Shown piece by piece: positions 16,577 through 26,240 of a stretch of DNA of 64,000 bases. The position numbers were made by a program, and so were the translations under genes. Every line of letters starts with the position of its first letter. The first letter of the stretch is position 1. Origin of the DNA: a virus (taxonomy: Duplodnaviria > Heunggongvirae > Uroviricota > Caudoviricetes); IMG/VR virus record IMGVR_UViG_3300026549_001501, positions 35,348 to 99,347 of that record; one strand, written 5' to 3'. A model generated the notes under the pieces. The model worked only from the letters and a program-made list of their open reading frames with translations. It was not told the DNA's origin and ran no database searches.

Positions 16577-18231
16577 GTTTCCTCTTTGTGGTTAGAAGAA
16601 ATTTCGCAACGTCTTCTACCTGTGAGTCGGGCTGAGTCGTGACCCTCTCGCCACACCGTTTTCGTCCCTTTCAGGCCTAGAACACATCCTTGTTTCCAAA
16701 GATAGGTGGGATGCAGACGGATTCTAAGTTCCGCAACTACTACGTGATGTTATATAAAGTACTTCGTTCTGCCCTTGCTCCTTGCGAGATACGGAAGCGC
16801 TACCCTCCTACAAGTTGCATACTTGTTTCGTTTCTACGATTTCCTTGCGGTACTCTCGCAGCCACCATATTACAGGTGGATAACTGCATTGTTGCATCAC
16901 GTGCGCAACACTTTTGCTGAATTTTTTGATTTACACATAACCATAAAAACGTGCTTTTCATCGTTTTGCGCAAATACACCGAGTTTGGAAGACGTGGTTG
17001 CGCTTTATACCATTCCACCTTTTGAGTGGAGTAGGCATATACGCCTTCCTGCTTTCACCTGCCAAGGCTACTAACTATACAACCTATCCTTCCTACCATT
17101 TCTGAGCCGCGTTGCCACACGCAGCCGTTGCATTGGCTACGACATAGGAAGAAGATCTTCTTCATAGACTCCATAAGACTGGCAATCTTTTTTAGTCTAT
17201 GCATACCCTATATGTCGGAGTTACCTCCCAAGACGACGCCAGTGCTGCGCCGCCGCGCCCAACTATCGGCTCTGCCCGAGCCTACAAACCGTTGAAGCGT
17301 TTAGAGTATGGCTTTCACGTGAAGTGAAATACCCTCCGTAGAGGAGTAAATCACCGCCGATGGATGCATTTGCATACAGAGCCTTCGACTTTCCCAGCTT
17401 ATGGATTCACTGGTTATTCTGTTGACGGGAAGCCCGCCATCTCTTCTTTTCAAAGAACTTCGCAGCGCTTGCGTCCGCTGCTGGACTGCTTGCCGCTTTT
17501 TGCGGCGTGACGGCTGACAACCGTCGTGGAAATTCGCCGCCCAAAGGAGTCGCGCCGTTTTCACGCGTCGGGGGCGGCACGCCCGGCTTGTCACACCGGG
17601 GAGTGAGTTGGCTTTGGGGGAGCCGGGGAGCCAAGGGCAGCGGTTTTCGCTGTCGGGGCTGCCGGCATATTCATATTCGGACTGCCAACCAAAGTCCGCT
17701 GCGGCCGTGCCAAGGGGCGCTAACTAATTCCGAGTTTTCGGGTAGATGGCCCGGGCATTTTTTGCCGCAAATCCTGCCAAGGTGTGAAGTCGTTCGAATT
17801 TTCGAAAATATCTGTTCACGAAACCGAGGCGATTTATAAATACACCGTTGTTTCCAAAAGTGCACTTATTTTTCTAAAATTTCTCAAAGAACTTTCACTT
17901 TTTTGCTCGACGCAGACTTGCTGTCTCAATCGAACAATGCAAATATACACCTTTTTTTCTTAAAAACCAAATTTTTTTGATTTTTTTTTTCGAAAAAATG
18001 ATCAAATTTTAACCACTCGCGTCCCACCGTCCTGTTGCTTTCTTTCTCATTGGTATAACGCCCAAAACATTTCCCCGCCGGGATTTGTTTCTTAAATAGG
18101 CTCCCACATCGGAAGTACCCGTGTACTGTTCGCTTACGCCGTTCCAGCGCCACCGACAGGGACAGATACACTGTTGCTCATACGCCCAAGCCTTGTCCGT
18201 TGATTTGATCAAATATTTCAAAGATGTATGG

Positions 18232-18302
18232 CGGTCATTAGGGGAGTTGAACCCCTGACTCCGGCGTGACAAGCCGGAAGTTTACCGCTAGCCTAAATGA
18301 CC
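18232..18302 (-). tRNA. tRNA-Asp(GTC)
   Basis: Acceptor GGTCATT/AATGACC, anticodon stem CCGGC/GCCGG, loop TTGTCAC, discriminator G. Confidence 0.75.
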
Positions 18303-18657
18303 ATTTTAACCGTTCACGCGCACGGTAGACACGCTTGACTTACGATTCAACCCGCAACGATAGTAGTATACGGTGTTACGTTCTGCCCGTCAGCAGCCAA
18401 TCATACGGCGGTGACTCATTATGCGGAGCCGAAACTCTCTCTGTACAGTAATGATGCGCACCGTTTATAAGTTATCTCCTGTTAGCTTCGGGTGGGCATG
18501 CCGGACCAAATCGTCCATCACCCTTGGCACCTTACCGTTATACTATGGCACTCACAGTCCGTCTTGTATAAAGGGTTTCCTATCCACATGAGCAAAAATA
18601 TAAGTCGGATTTTTCACCTATTATACGCTCCCTCGGAGATTATTTTCAAAGAACTTG

Positions 18658-18729
18658 CGGGGACACATGGATTCGAACCATGATAGACGGATTAACAGTC
18701 CGCAGTAATAGCCTTTATACGATATCCCC
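18658..18729 (-). tRNA. tRNA-Asn(GTT)
   Basis: Acceptor GGGGATA/TGTCCCC (one G-U pair), anticodon stem GCGGA/TCCGT, loop CTGTTAA, T-arm CATGG-TTCGAAT-CCATG. Confidence 0.7.
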
Positions 18730-18962
18730 AAATTTTACAGGCACGTAAACGAAATGCCCTCAGACTTCCCAATAGTTTACATTTACCGTCTTCAAACTAT
18801 TATGTGGCTCCTTCACACCTACGAAAAACCGACTTTATCAACTATCCATGGTATAGTATATAGGCAATTTGTCAACGCACCACTGCCAAAACCGATGGTT
18901 CTCTTATTACGCTACACCAAAAAGAGCGGGTCTGTTTACTTTATTAATTCCATTTTTTTTCG

Positions 18963-19138
18963 TGGGAACGCACAGATTCGAACTGTGGACCCCCTGCTTG
19001 TGCTGGTAAATTACGCTTCGGACGTAAATTGATGCAACAATTGATTTGCAATTCACTTTCTCCCGTTTTACCAAATATCCGTCACAGTGGATAATTCTGT
19101 AGAAGGCAGGTGCTCTAAACCAGCTGAGCTACGTTCCC
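18963..19138 (-). tRNA. tRNA-Val (probably CAC anticodon) interrupted by a ~101-nt insert in the anticodon loop
   Basis: 5' half GGGAACG-TAGCTCAGCTGGTTTAGAGC-A-CCTGC-CT. 3' half CACAA-GCAGG-GGGTC-CACAGTTCGAATCTGTG-CGTTCCC-A. Acceptor 7/7. The insert carries ACGGGAGAAAG and TACGTCCGAAGCGTA followed by 9 nt, homologous to the 5540..5640 insert. Confidence 0.55.
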
Positions 19139-19727
19139 TTTTTAATCACCTAAGACTAACGCGCTTGTGTGTCATTCGCAATGCACTAGGTGTATAACTT
19201 TTTTTATACGTGCAGTTTCTAACCCCTTTTGCAACCCCTTTTCGCTACTTTACGTGTCCTATATTTGAGTTAATGACGCCATCCTACGAATACTCATTGC
19301 AACATTTAACCGTGGCTTCTTCACATTGTCTCAATCTGTGAAGTTCCCTCCTACGGTGAGGCCGTTAGTCGGATTTGACTTTTCTCTATATATTTTCAAT
19401 GAACTTTTTCAACTTGTGTGGAATGGGGCATCTTCGCGCCACACACGCCGTTATTACGCTCCCCATCAGCGCTCGTACCGTCCCTGCACGCGGCACGCTT
19501 ATTCCGTAACATAGTCGGCTTGATTTCTCAAGAACCAAATGTAACCACCATTGAATTTCCGACACAGGTGAAATCAATATCTCAAGACTGCCCTTAGATT
19601 TAAGCTTACCTACGCACAGTGAGGTACTAAGGCGGTTCGTTCAGGTTGCCCGATATTATCTAGAATTAAGCGGGTCCTCGTGCGTGTCAAACGGGCATGG
19701 ACAGACAGCCTTCCACAGTCTTAATTT

Positions 19728-19751
19728 TCAATGAACTTTTTGCAAATATAA
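19728..19751 (-). promoter_or_regulatory. repeated minus-strand promoter module, copy 4
   Basis: The reverse complement reads TATTATATTTGCAAAAAGTTCATTGAA. The -33-like AAATTTGGATG lies 20 nt upstream. Confidence 0.45.
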
Positions 19752-19781
19752 TAAAAATAGATCAAACATCCAAATTTTTTT

Positions 19782-19934
19782 GTACTCCCGCTGTGAATCG
19801 AACACAGATTTAGGGTTTAGTCGGTATTTTACGCTTCGGACGTATACAGTTCTGCATTCTCCCATATTACCGAAGCCCGTTTCGGTGGGCTACTCCGTAT
19901 GGAAACCCTCGTTCTATCCGTTGAACTACGGAAG
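19782..19934 (-). tRNA. tRNA-Arg (probably CCT anticodon) interrupted by a ~80-nt insert
   Basis: 5' half GCTTCCG-TA-GTTCAACGGATAGAAC-G-AGGGT-TTC. 3' half CTAA-ACCCT-AAAT-CTGTGTTCGATTCACAG-CGGGAGT-A. The insert begins CATACGG, as in the 5540..5640 insert, and contains TATGGGAGAATG and TACGTCCGAAGCGTA followed by 9 nt. Confidence 0.5.
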
Positions 19935-19936
19935 CA

Positions 19937-19984
19937 TTTTTAAAACTAAACCCACTAACTTGAATATTTTCAGAGGTTAGTGGG
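19937..19984 (-). terminator. intrinsic terminator-like hairpin downstream of the 20030..20374 gene
   Basis: A perfect 9-bp stem CCCACTAAC/GTTAGTGGG followed, on the minus strand, by TTTAGTTTTAAAAATG. Confidence 0.4.
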
Positions 19985-20029
19985 ACTCAGATTTAAAATT
20001 TTCGGAAATTTCGCTAATAATAAATACTG

Positions 20030-20374
20030 CTAACTTTCAGAAAGTTTACCCACTTTACTTGGAAACCAAGTTTTTACGAATTTCTTGACAGCTTCAATAT
20101 CATAGAAACCATTACTTGACAGTCCTGTAACTACGCAAAGCGCAACTACGCCAACCCAAGTGGGGGTTCCGAATGAAATCAGCCCAACGAGCCAAGACAG
20201 AACGGACAGAACTGCAGCTACGCCCCACGCAATAGCCTGCTTAACGCTATTCTTCTGCACATTGAAAAGCTGATTGATAAAGCCGGCGACGGCTGTGGTT
20301 ACGGCAACAATAACCGGAGCGATATACCAAAAAGCGTCCGAAAAGATACCTGCAACATTAATAACTGTATCCAT
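20030..20374 (-). CDS. small membrane protein (holin-like?), 114 aa
   Basis: Three hydrophobic segments and a basic C-terminus. Confidence 0.4.
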   Translation of the reverse strand: MDTVINVAGIFSDAFWYIAPVIVAVTTAVAGFINQLFNVQKNSVKQAIAWGVAAVLSVLSWLVGLISFGTPTWVGVVALCVVTGLSSNGFYDIEAVKKFVKTWFPSKVGKLSES

Positions 20375-20387
20375 ACCTTATTATATA

Positions 20388-20894
20388 TTAATACTTCTTA
20401 TTTTTCTTCTTTGCTTCACGCTCCGCTTTCTTCTCTTCCTTCTCCTTCTTCTTCAAGTCAGCCATTTGCTGAATTGTAAGGATAGCGAGTTCTTCCTTCT
20501 GAATGGAAACGTTCTTATACTTATGGTACATACCGATTGAAACGTTCAATTCAGGCTTGGTAAGGACAACCTTATCCTTTTCGCTGTCGTATGAAATTTG
20601 ATTAAGAAGAGCTTCAATCCAATAGTTCTGTGTTTCGTCGTCAACTCGGTTCTCTCCCGTCTTAGGGTCAATGAACAAATCCTCATAGAGCGCAACGCAC
20701 ACAAGGTAAGGGTCATTGGTGAAGAGCGTCACAAGGTCGTTGCCCTTTACAACCTCTCCATATGTCTTTGACTTCTTAAGCCTTACAGCCTCAATGGTAA
20801 TGCCCATTTCGCGGAATCCGATTGCGGATGCTAATTCTTTTACTTTCTTTTCCAATCTCTCGTCGAGATCACGTGAATATTTTCCCATAAACAA
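20388..20894 (-). CDS. hypothetical protein with Lys/Glu-rich C-terminal tail, 168 aa
   Basis: ORF only. The C-terminus is KKKEKEEKKAEREAKKKNKK. Confidence 0.5.
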   Translation of the reverse strand: MFMGKYSRDLDERLEKKVKELASAIGFREMGITIEAVRLKKSKTYGEVVKGNDLVTLFTNDPYLVCVALYEDLFIDPKTGENRVDDETQNYWIEALLNQISYDSEKDKVVLTKPELNVSIGMYHKYKNVSIQKEELAILTIQQMADLKKKEKEEKKAEREAKKKNKKY

Positions 20895-21156
20895 TTGAAA
20901 TTTTTAATTCTGACACAAACATACAATTTTAGAATCAATTTTTCAAGGCATTTTCGCGCTGATCTTGAAATTTGCTATATTATATAATTTACCTTATATT
21001 AACGCGCACGCGATGGGGCGCCCGCCAGCGCCCGAGGACCAGAGTACCTAGGCACCATGATTTTGAAGATTTGAAAAAAAAGAAAAATAAATTTTGAAGT
21101 TAAAATATTGAAAAGTTACAAGGACCTGGGTCCTAAGGCGCTACATTGCGGATTTA

Positions 21157-22314
21157 TTGAATTTTTTTTGTATGTTTGTGAAAACAATTTTTTTAAATAT
21201 GGATAAAGTTAAACTTGAATTTGACGGCGGTTACACTGAGCAGTGCAACGCCTGTGTGGATGAAAATCCAATTGAGCCTTGCGATGACGTTGAATACGAA
21301 GGCGTAAAAGATGAAGATGAGTCCGCCCCGAAACCGCAGGATTTAAAGGTATCCCAATGGTCGGTTGTTGGTGAGAACGCTATTATCGCCGTATCCAATA
21401 CGTTCAGCACGCTTAAGCCGGGCTACTATTCACTTGGAAGCTCTCCGAATATCGGAATGTATTTTGTTCATGAGAAGGTTGAACTCAACAAGCTTTACAG
21501 GCTACCGAACAGCGCGACGGACATTATTCTCAATGATATCAGCAAGTTCTGGACGCTCGAGGAAACCTACAAGAAATATAATCGCGTATTCAGGCGTAAC
21601 TACCTTCTTTATTCTGCACCCGGCACAGGAAAGACGAGTTTGATCAACCTTATGTGCCAAGAACTTATCGAGAAGTATAACGGAATCGTGTTCAGCCTTA
21701 CCTGTGAAAGCGATATCCGTATGTATCCTGACGCTGTAAGACGTATCAGAGCAATTGAGCCTGACAGGAAGATTATCACCATTATCGAGGATATTGATAA
21801 CTTCATTGCAGCAAATGAATATGACAGGTCGTCTGTTGATAGCCACCTTCTTAATATTCTTGACGGTAATCTCAAGGCGGGCGGTATCGTAACTATTGCA
21901 ACCACCAACTATATTGACAAGATTGCGGGACGCTACAAGAATCGTCCGAGCCGTTTTGACAGGGTTGTCGAGTTCCCTCTTCCTAATAGGGAGAGTCGTA
22001 AGATATTCATTGAGAAGACGGTTCGTCCTGAGGATTTGGAAAAAATTGATATCAACTACTGGGTTGACAGGACAGAAGGCTTCACGATTGACCATATCAA
22101 TGAACTTATCCTCCTGTACTTTGTCTTTGACCATACTGAGGAAGAGTCGTTCGCCACGATTGAAGCAATGGTTGACGGAAACGATAGGCTGAGAAATATT
22201 ACGAGTGTCAACAAGAAATCTGAAATCGGCTTTGGTACACAGAAGCCTGCAAAGAAAAAGGCTCATTATGAAGACGATGACGCAGATTGCAGTCCTTGTA
22301 AGGGTAGGGGTTAA
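21157..22314 (+). CDS. AAA+ family ATPase
   Basis: Walker A LLYSAPGTGKTSL, Walker B IITIIEDID, sensor-1-like ATTNY. The N-terminal ~150 aa have no motif. Confidence 0.65.
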   Translation: MNFFCMFVKTIFLNMDKVKLEFDGGYTEQCNACVDENPIEPCDDVEYEGVKDEDESAPKPQDLKVSQWSVVGENAIIAVSNTFSTLKPGYYSLGSSPNIGMYFVHEKVELNKLYRLPNSATDIILNDISKFWTLEETYKKYNRVFRRNYLLYSAPGTGKTSLINLMCQELIEKYNGIVFSLTCESDIRMYPDAVRRIRAIEPDRKIITIIEDIDNFIAANEYDRSSVDSHLLNILDGNLKAGGIVTIATTNYIDKIAGRYKNRPSRFDRVVEFPLPNRESRKIFIEKTVRPEDLEKIDINYWVDRTEGFTIDHINELILLYFVFDHTEEESFATIEAMVDGNDRLRNITSVNKKSEIGFGTQKPAKKKAHYEDDDADCSPCKGRG

Positions 22315-22391
22315 AATAATTACTTATAGCCGTGGAAGAATTTCCGCGGCTTTTGTATATTTGTAGAAGTTGAATTATAAGATTTTTACAA

Positions 22392-23360
22392 ATGGCATTT
22401 AAACTTAGAATAATACCTGAGGTTCTATGTGACTTGTCTGTATTCCCTGAATTCTTGGAAACAGAGGAAGATGCTGTCAATATGAACGAAAATTTAGCGG
22501 ACGTGTTTAGTGAGGATGATTATGAGTTAGAAGAAAATTCTGACGGAATACGTTGCTCATTCGGATTCGATTTCAAAGCTACGGAAGAGCCGGAGAACGA
22601 CAAGGGGCTTCTCAATAATGATAATATCATTAAGAACATCTCATTCGATCAAAGTGAGATACTATACAATATCATGAAGCTCTACAATAACGGAAAGGCA
22701 TTCGATTGTGATATTACAGCGAGTGAGTTAAAATTCTATGAAGGTCGTGGACGTGGTGGTAAATATGATATTCCGCTTCCAAGGCTCCTATTTGACGTTT
22801 TTCCACAAGACGAGAGGGTTAAGAAACTCGAGAAGTGGGGTGCTGTTCCGTTGGAAGACAACAGCATTGACAGCGTTGTCGTTGATTTGCCGTTTGTAAT
22901 TTCTCCCGCAAATTCTCCGTCAGCAAAGAATCCGAACGAGGGTTCTCAACTTATAGCCAGACGCTTTGCAGCATATTATCCTGTAGATAACCTGTATTAC
23001 AGTTACTACCATTGGATTAAAGAATGCTATCGCGTTCTTAGGGAAGGTGGTATCCTTGTGTTCAAGGAGCAGAGTGTTATTAGTGGTGGTATTCGTCACA
23101 ATACCGACGAATTCAGTTTCATGGCGGGCGAAAAAGTCGGGTTTAAAATGATTGACAAATTTATTTTGGAAGCGAAGGCTCGTTTAATTTCCAATGCGAA
23201 ATATAAGAACGGACAGCTTCATTCAAGGAGTTATACTTCACAATTCCTTGTTTTCAAAAAAGAAGAAAAGTTCAAGTCAAAGGAGTTCAAATACTATGAG
23301 TTGCTTGACAAGTGCGAGGAAATGGAACAGGACGGTTACACGAAAATTGTAGAGAAATAG
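22392..23360 (+). CDS. DNA methyltransferase-like protein (PF01555-like core with degenerate DLPF in place of DPPY and no FxGxG motif)
   Basis: NSIDSVVVDLPF...HWIKECYRVLREGGILVF resembles the DPPY region plus the Rv-LK-pgG segment of N4/N6 MTases. No SAM-binding motif I was found. Confidence 0.35.
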   Translation: MAFKLRIIPEVLCDLSVFPEFLETEEDAVNMNENLADVFSEDDYELEENSDGIRCSFGFDFKATEEPENDKGLLNNDNIIKNISFDQSEILYNIMKLYNNGKAFDCDITASELKFYEGRGRGGKYDIPLPRLLFDVFPQDERVKKLEKWGAVPLEDNSIDSVVVDLPFVISPANSPSAKNPNEGSQLIARRFAAYYPVDNLYYSYYHWIKECYRVLREGGILVFKEQSVISGGIRHNTDEFSFMAGEKVGFKMIDKFILEAKARLISNAKYKNGQLHSRSYTSQFLVFKKEEKFKSKEFKYYELLDKCEEMEQDGYTKIVEK

Positions 23361-23396
23361 AAAATTTACTATCTTTACCTAAATTTAAGAAACAAT

Positions 23397-23975
23397 ATGT
23401 CAGAAAGTACTATCGTTAAGAATTTTAAGACGTACAAGGGCGGATTGATAAAGCTCTTCGGTGAGGAGATTGCAGAAAGGATTATAGAAGCCCTTGGTGG
23501 AGAAGAGAAGGTATCAAATGCAACCTACGCCAATTCAAAGGACAGTGGCGCTGCATACAACGGCGCCTTCATTAAGAACGTGGTTCGCTTGACAAAGACG
23601 GCGAACGAATTGAACAATGTATTACCTGAAGAAATCAGGGCAAATGTTACCTCTATTAATAAGGTGTGCATGCTTTCTCAGATTGCGAAGGTTCAAATGT
23701 TCAAGGAGAATGACAACAACTACGAGATAATTAATCGTGGTATCCTTTATAAGTTTGAAACACTTAGCGGTGCACTTCGTACGGGTGAACGCTCAACACT
23801 TATCGCTTCAAATGCGGGTGTTGTGTTTTCCGAGGTTGAATATGAGGCTATGCGTGCAATTGACAATCTTTCGGTAGATGACAACTATACGAAGTTCTTC
23901 TCGAGCCCGTTATCCCTTGTGATTCGTCAAGCATATGAAATTATAAACTTAGCTAACAAGGTTACTGCAGAATAA
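23397..23975 (+). CDS. hypothetical protein, 192 aa
   Basis: ORF only. Confidence 0.5.
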   Translation: MSESTIVKNFKTYKGGLIKLFGEEIAERIIEALGGEEKVSNATYANSKDSGAAYNGAFIKNVVRLTKTANELNNVLPEEIRANVTSINKVCMLSQIAKVQMFKENDNNYEIINRGILYKFETLSGALRTGERSTLIASNAGVVFSEVEYEAMRAIDNLSVDDNYTKFFSSPLSLVIRQAYEIINLANKVTAE

Positions 23976-24113
23976 GTATGGAATTTAATCCGGCTACAAA
24001 AGCACAAATTGCCCAGATTCAGGGCATAGAGATTATCAAGAAGGTAATTAATATCGTACAATATTATTATACTTCAGATAAGCATATGAATAAGTTACAA
24101 CGAATGTTCGATA

Positions 24114-24935
24114 TTGCAAATGAAAAAGATACTGAATAAAAACGTTGATATTTTCATATATGGAGTGAAGGCATTCACTCCTCTTGTGTCTAATCCTGTC
24201 TATAAGATATTGGTTAATTCCCACGATAAGGAGGAAGATTTTCATACAACGCTTCCTATCTACAGGGACTACGAAGGACTGAACATATCAGACAACAACC
24301 TTGTATACAATGAATACACGGGGTTGTTTTGGATCTGGAACAATTGGGAATTGAAGGACTATATCGGCGTTAACCACTATCGTAGATATTACGACTTCCT
24401 TGACAACGTTCCCAATATCAACGAACTGTTCAAGGGGCATAAGATTATACTTAATAATAAGTTCCCGCTTCAGATTGAAGGAAAACCAGCCAACAACAGG
24501 GATTTCTATGCTGAGTGGCATAATGTGAAGGATTTTGACTTAATGGGTAAAATCGTTAAGGAACTATATCCTGAATATGCGGATGGTTGGGACAAGATGG
24601 CTGAATCCACACACATTTATCCAAGTTCTATCTTTATCATGCCGAAGCGTCTTTTCAACGACTATATGCAGTATATCTTCGACGTAACTGAAGAATTTAA
24701 TTATAGAATGGGTTGTCAAACGAACGACGACTATATCAAGTACGTTGAAGCGCATAAGGACGAATATGTGAGGGAGAATCATAAGTATTATGACGTGAAG
24801 ATGCAGGCGCGTATGGTAGGATATCTTATCGAGCGTTGTTTATGCGCGTTCCTTATGAGTGGTGGAAATAAGTCACTTGAGGCGAACTCTGTTCAGTTAC
24901 CTTGGCACGTTTATGACGTTAAGTATAACGTTTAA
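24114..24935 (+). CDS. DUF4422-like (capsule/LPS glycosyltransferase-associated) protein
   Basis: The YNEYTGLFWIWNNWE motif resembles the DUF4422 signature (NEYTGLYWxWKN) found in polysaccharide gene clusters. Confidence 0.45.
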   Translation: MQMKKILNKNVDIFIYGVKAFTPLVSNPVYKILVNSHDKEEDFHTTLPIYRDYEGLNISDNNLVYNEYTGLFWIWNNWELKDYIGVNHYRRYYDFLDNVPNINELFKGHKIILNNKFPLQIEGKPANNRDFYAEWHNVKDFDLMGKIVKELYPEYADGWDKMAESTHIYPSSIFIMPKRLFNDYMQYIFDVTEEFNYRMGCQTNDDYIKYVEAHKDEYVRENHKYYDVKMQARMVGYLIERCLCAFLMSGGNKSLEANSVQLPWHVYDVKYNV

Positions 24936-25766
24936 TGCCTTGTAGAACGCTCCCAAATTTTCTTATTCTTCCACCCGGTTTTCTGTCGTATCATTTCGAT
25001 TAGCTCACCACCGCGTTCTCCGTGCCCACCTGTGGCGCCCCTGAGAATGACACGCTTCCTGAATTTTTTAGTCTTTTCCTCTATTAGATTGTACATTCTT
25101 ATAGAATCACGGATACATTTACATATAACGAAGTCAAATTCCTCATCGTCGTATTTGAATATTACCTTATTATTATAAACGTAAACAAATACTATCGTTT
25201 GATGATTTTCTATTTTATTGATAATAAACTCGTTAAATATCCACGAGAACGTTTTCCTTTCCTTCTTATTATCATATCCGTAAACCCAGAATGTTTCTTC
25301 TTTGAGGCATGGAAATTTATCGACAATAATCCACTTTCCGCCAACCACCTCATGATCAACGAGTTTTCCATATTCGTTTCTGAGTTTGGATGGTTCTTCT
25401 CTCTTGTAGTTCTTTTTTAATATAAGGTATTCAGGTTTCCTTTCGAAAATTTCAGCGTCTTTCCTTCCGTTATTGGCATTCTCAATAGGGAATATTACCG
25501 ATGAGTTCTTAGCTAGTAATTCGTCTTTCTTAGCAAATGCATCTGCAGAAGTATGGTACCTTCCTATATATTTTGCTTGTTTGTTTTCGTTGGAAATTAT
25601 TATGATGTAGTCCCAAGGAGGGTATACCCTTTCTTTCGGTGGCTTCGGTTTCTTCTTCGGTCCTGATTTTTTACGGCGCCCATGATGTCTTTTAGGATAG
25701 TAGTACCACACTTTCCCGTTAACACTTACGCGCTTTCCTGATTTGACGAATTTTCTCTTACTCATA
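24932..25766 (-). CDS. hypothetical protein with highly basic N-terminus, 278 aa (start at MSKRKF)
   Basis: The ORF was trimmed to an internal Met so that it does not run through the divergent promoter. K/R/P-rich N-terminal region. Confidence 0.4.
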
Positions 25767-25844
25767 TATAAAAATATATACAAACTTTTGGAAAAATAAA
25801 TCTTTCTCCTTATCTTTGCGTTGGTAAACAAAATTTCAACAAAT

Positions 25845-26240
25845 ATGAAAAAGATTTTTAGTATCATTTTGATCATCGCGGCTATGATTGCCGCAGACAG
25901 TTGTTCTACAGCGTCCAAGGTTTCTAACAATCCTTACGAGGCTGAGGGATACGGTGTATCTACGGATAGGGATATTGCCTATGATAAGGCATATCACAGT
26001 GCCGTTGTGAAAATCGCCGAGAAGGCTAACGTAGTCGTAGTTGCTGATTCCTATCGAGAGTACAATAGCAACGAGGCAGCACGCCGTAATGGCAATGAAT
26101 CACTTGTGTTCAGCGAGACAAGCACTGCAAAGTCAAAGGTTAACGCCTCCGACTTGGTTATTGATGCAAAGTATCGGAAGTCTCGATCTGGATGGGTATG
26201 CACTGTTGTCGTTAAGGTTTCACCAGACAATCTCTACTAA
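25845..26240 (+). CDS. lipoprotein, 131 aa
   Basis: MKKIFSIILIIAAMIAADSCS: signal peptide with a lipobox Cys. A TATCTTTG -7 box lies about 30 nt upstream. Confidence 0.5.
   Translation: MKKIFSIILIIAAMIAADSCSTASKVSNNPYEAEGYGVSTDRDIAYDKAYHSAVVKIAEKANVVVVADSYREYNSNEAARRNGNESLVFSETSTAKSKVNASDLVIDAKYRKSRSGWVCTVVVKVSPDNLY

Noticed and set aside
16580-17900. RNase P RNA or group II intron in the GC-rich block
   Set aside because: I searched by eye for the P4 (GGAAAGTCCGGGC), ACAGAACCCGGCTTA and domain V (GAGCCGTATG...) signatures and found none. The region remains unassigned.
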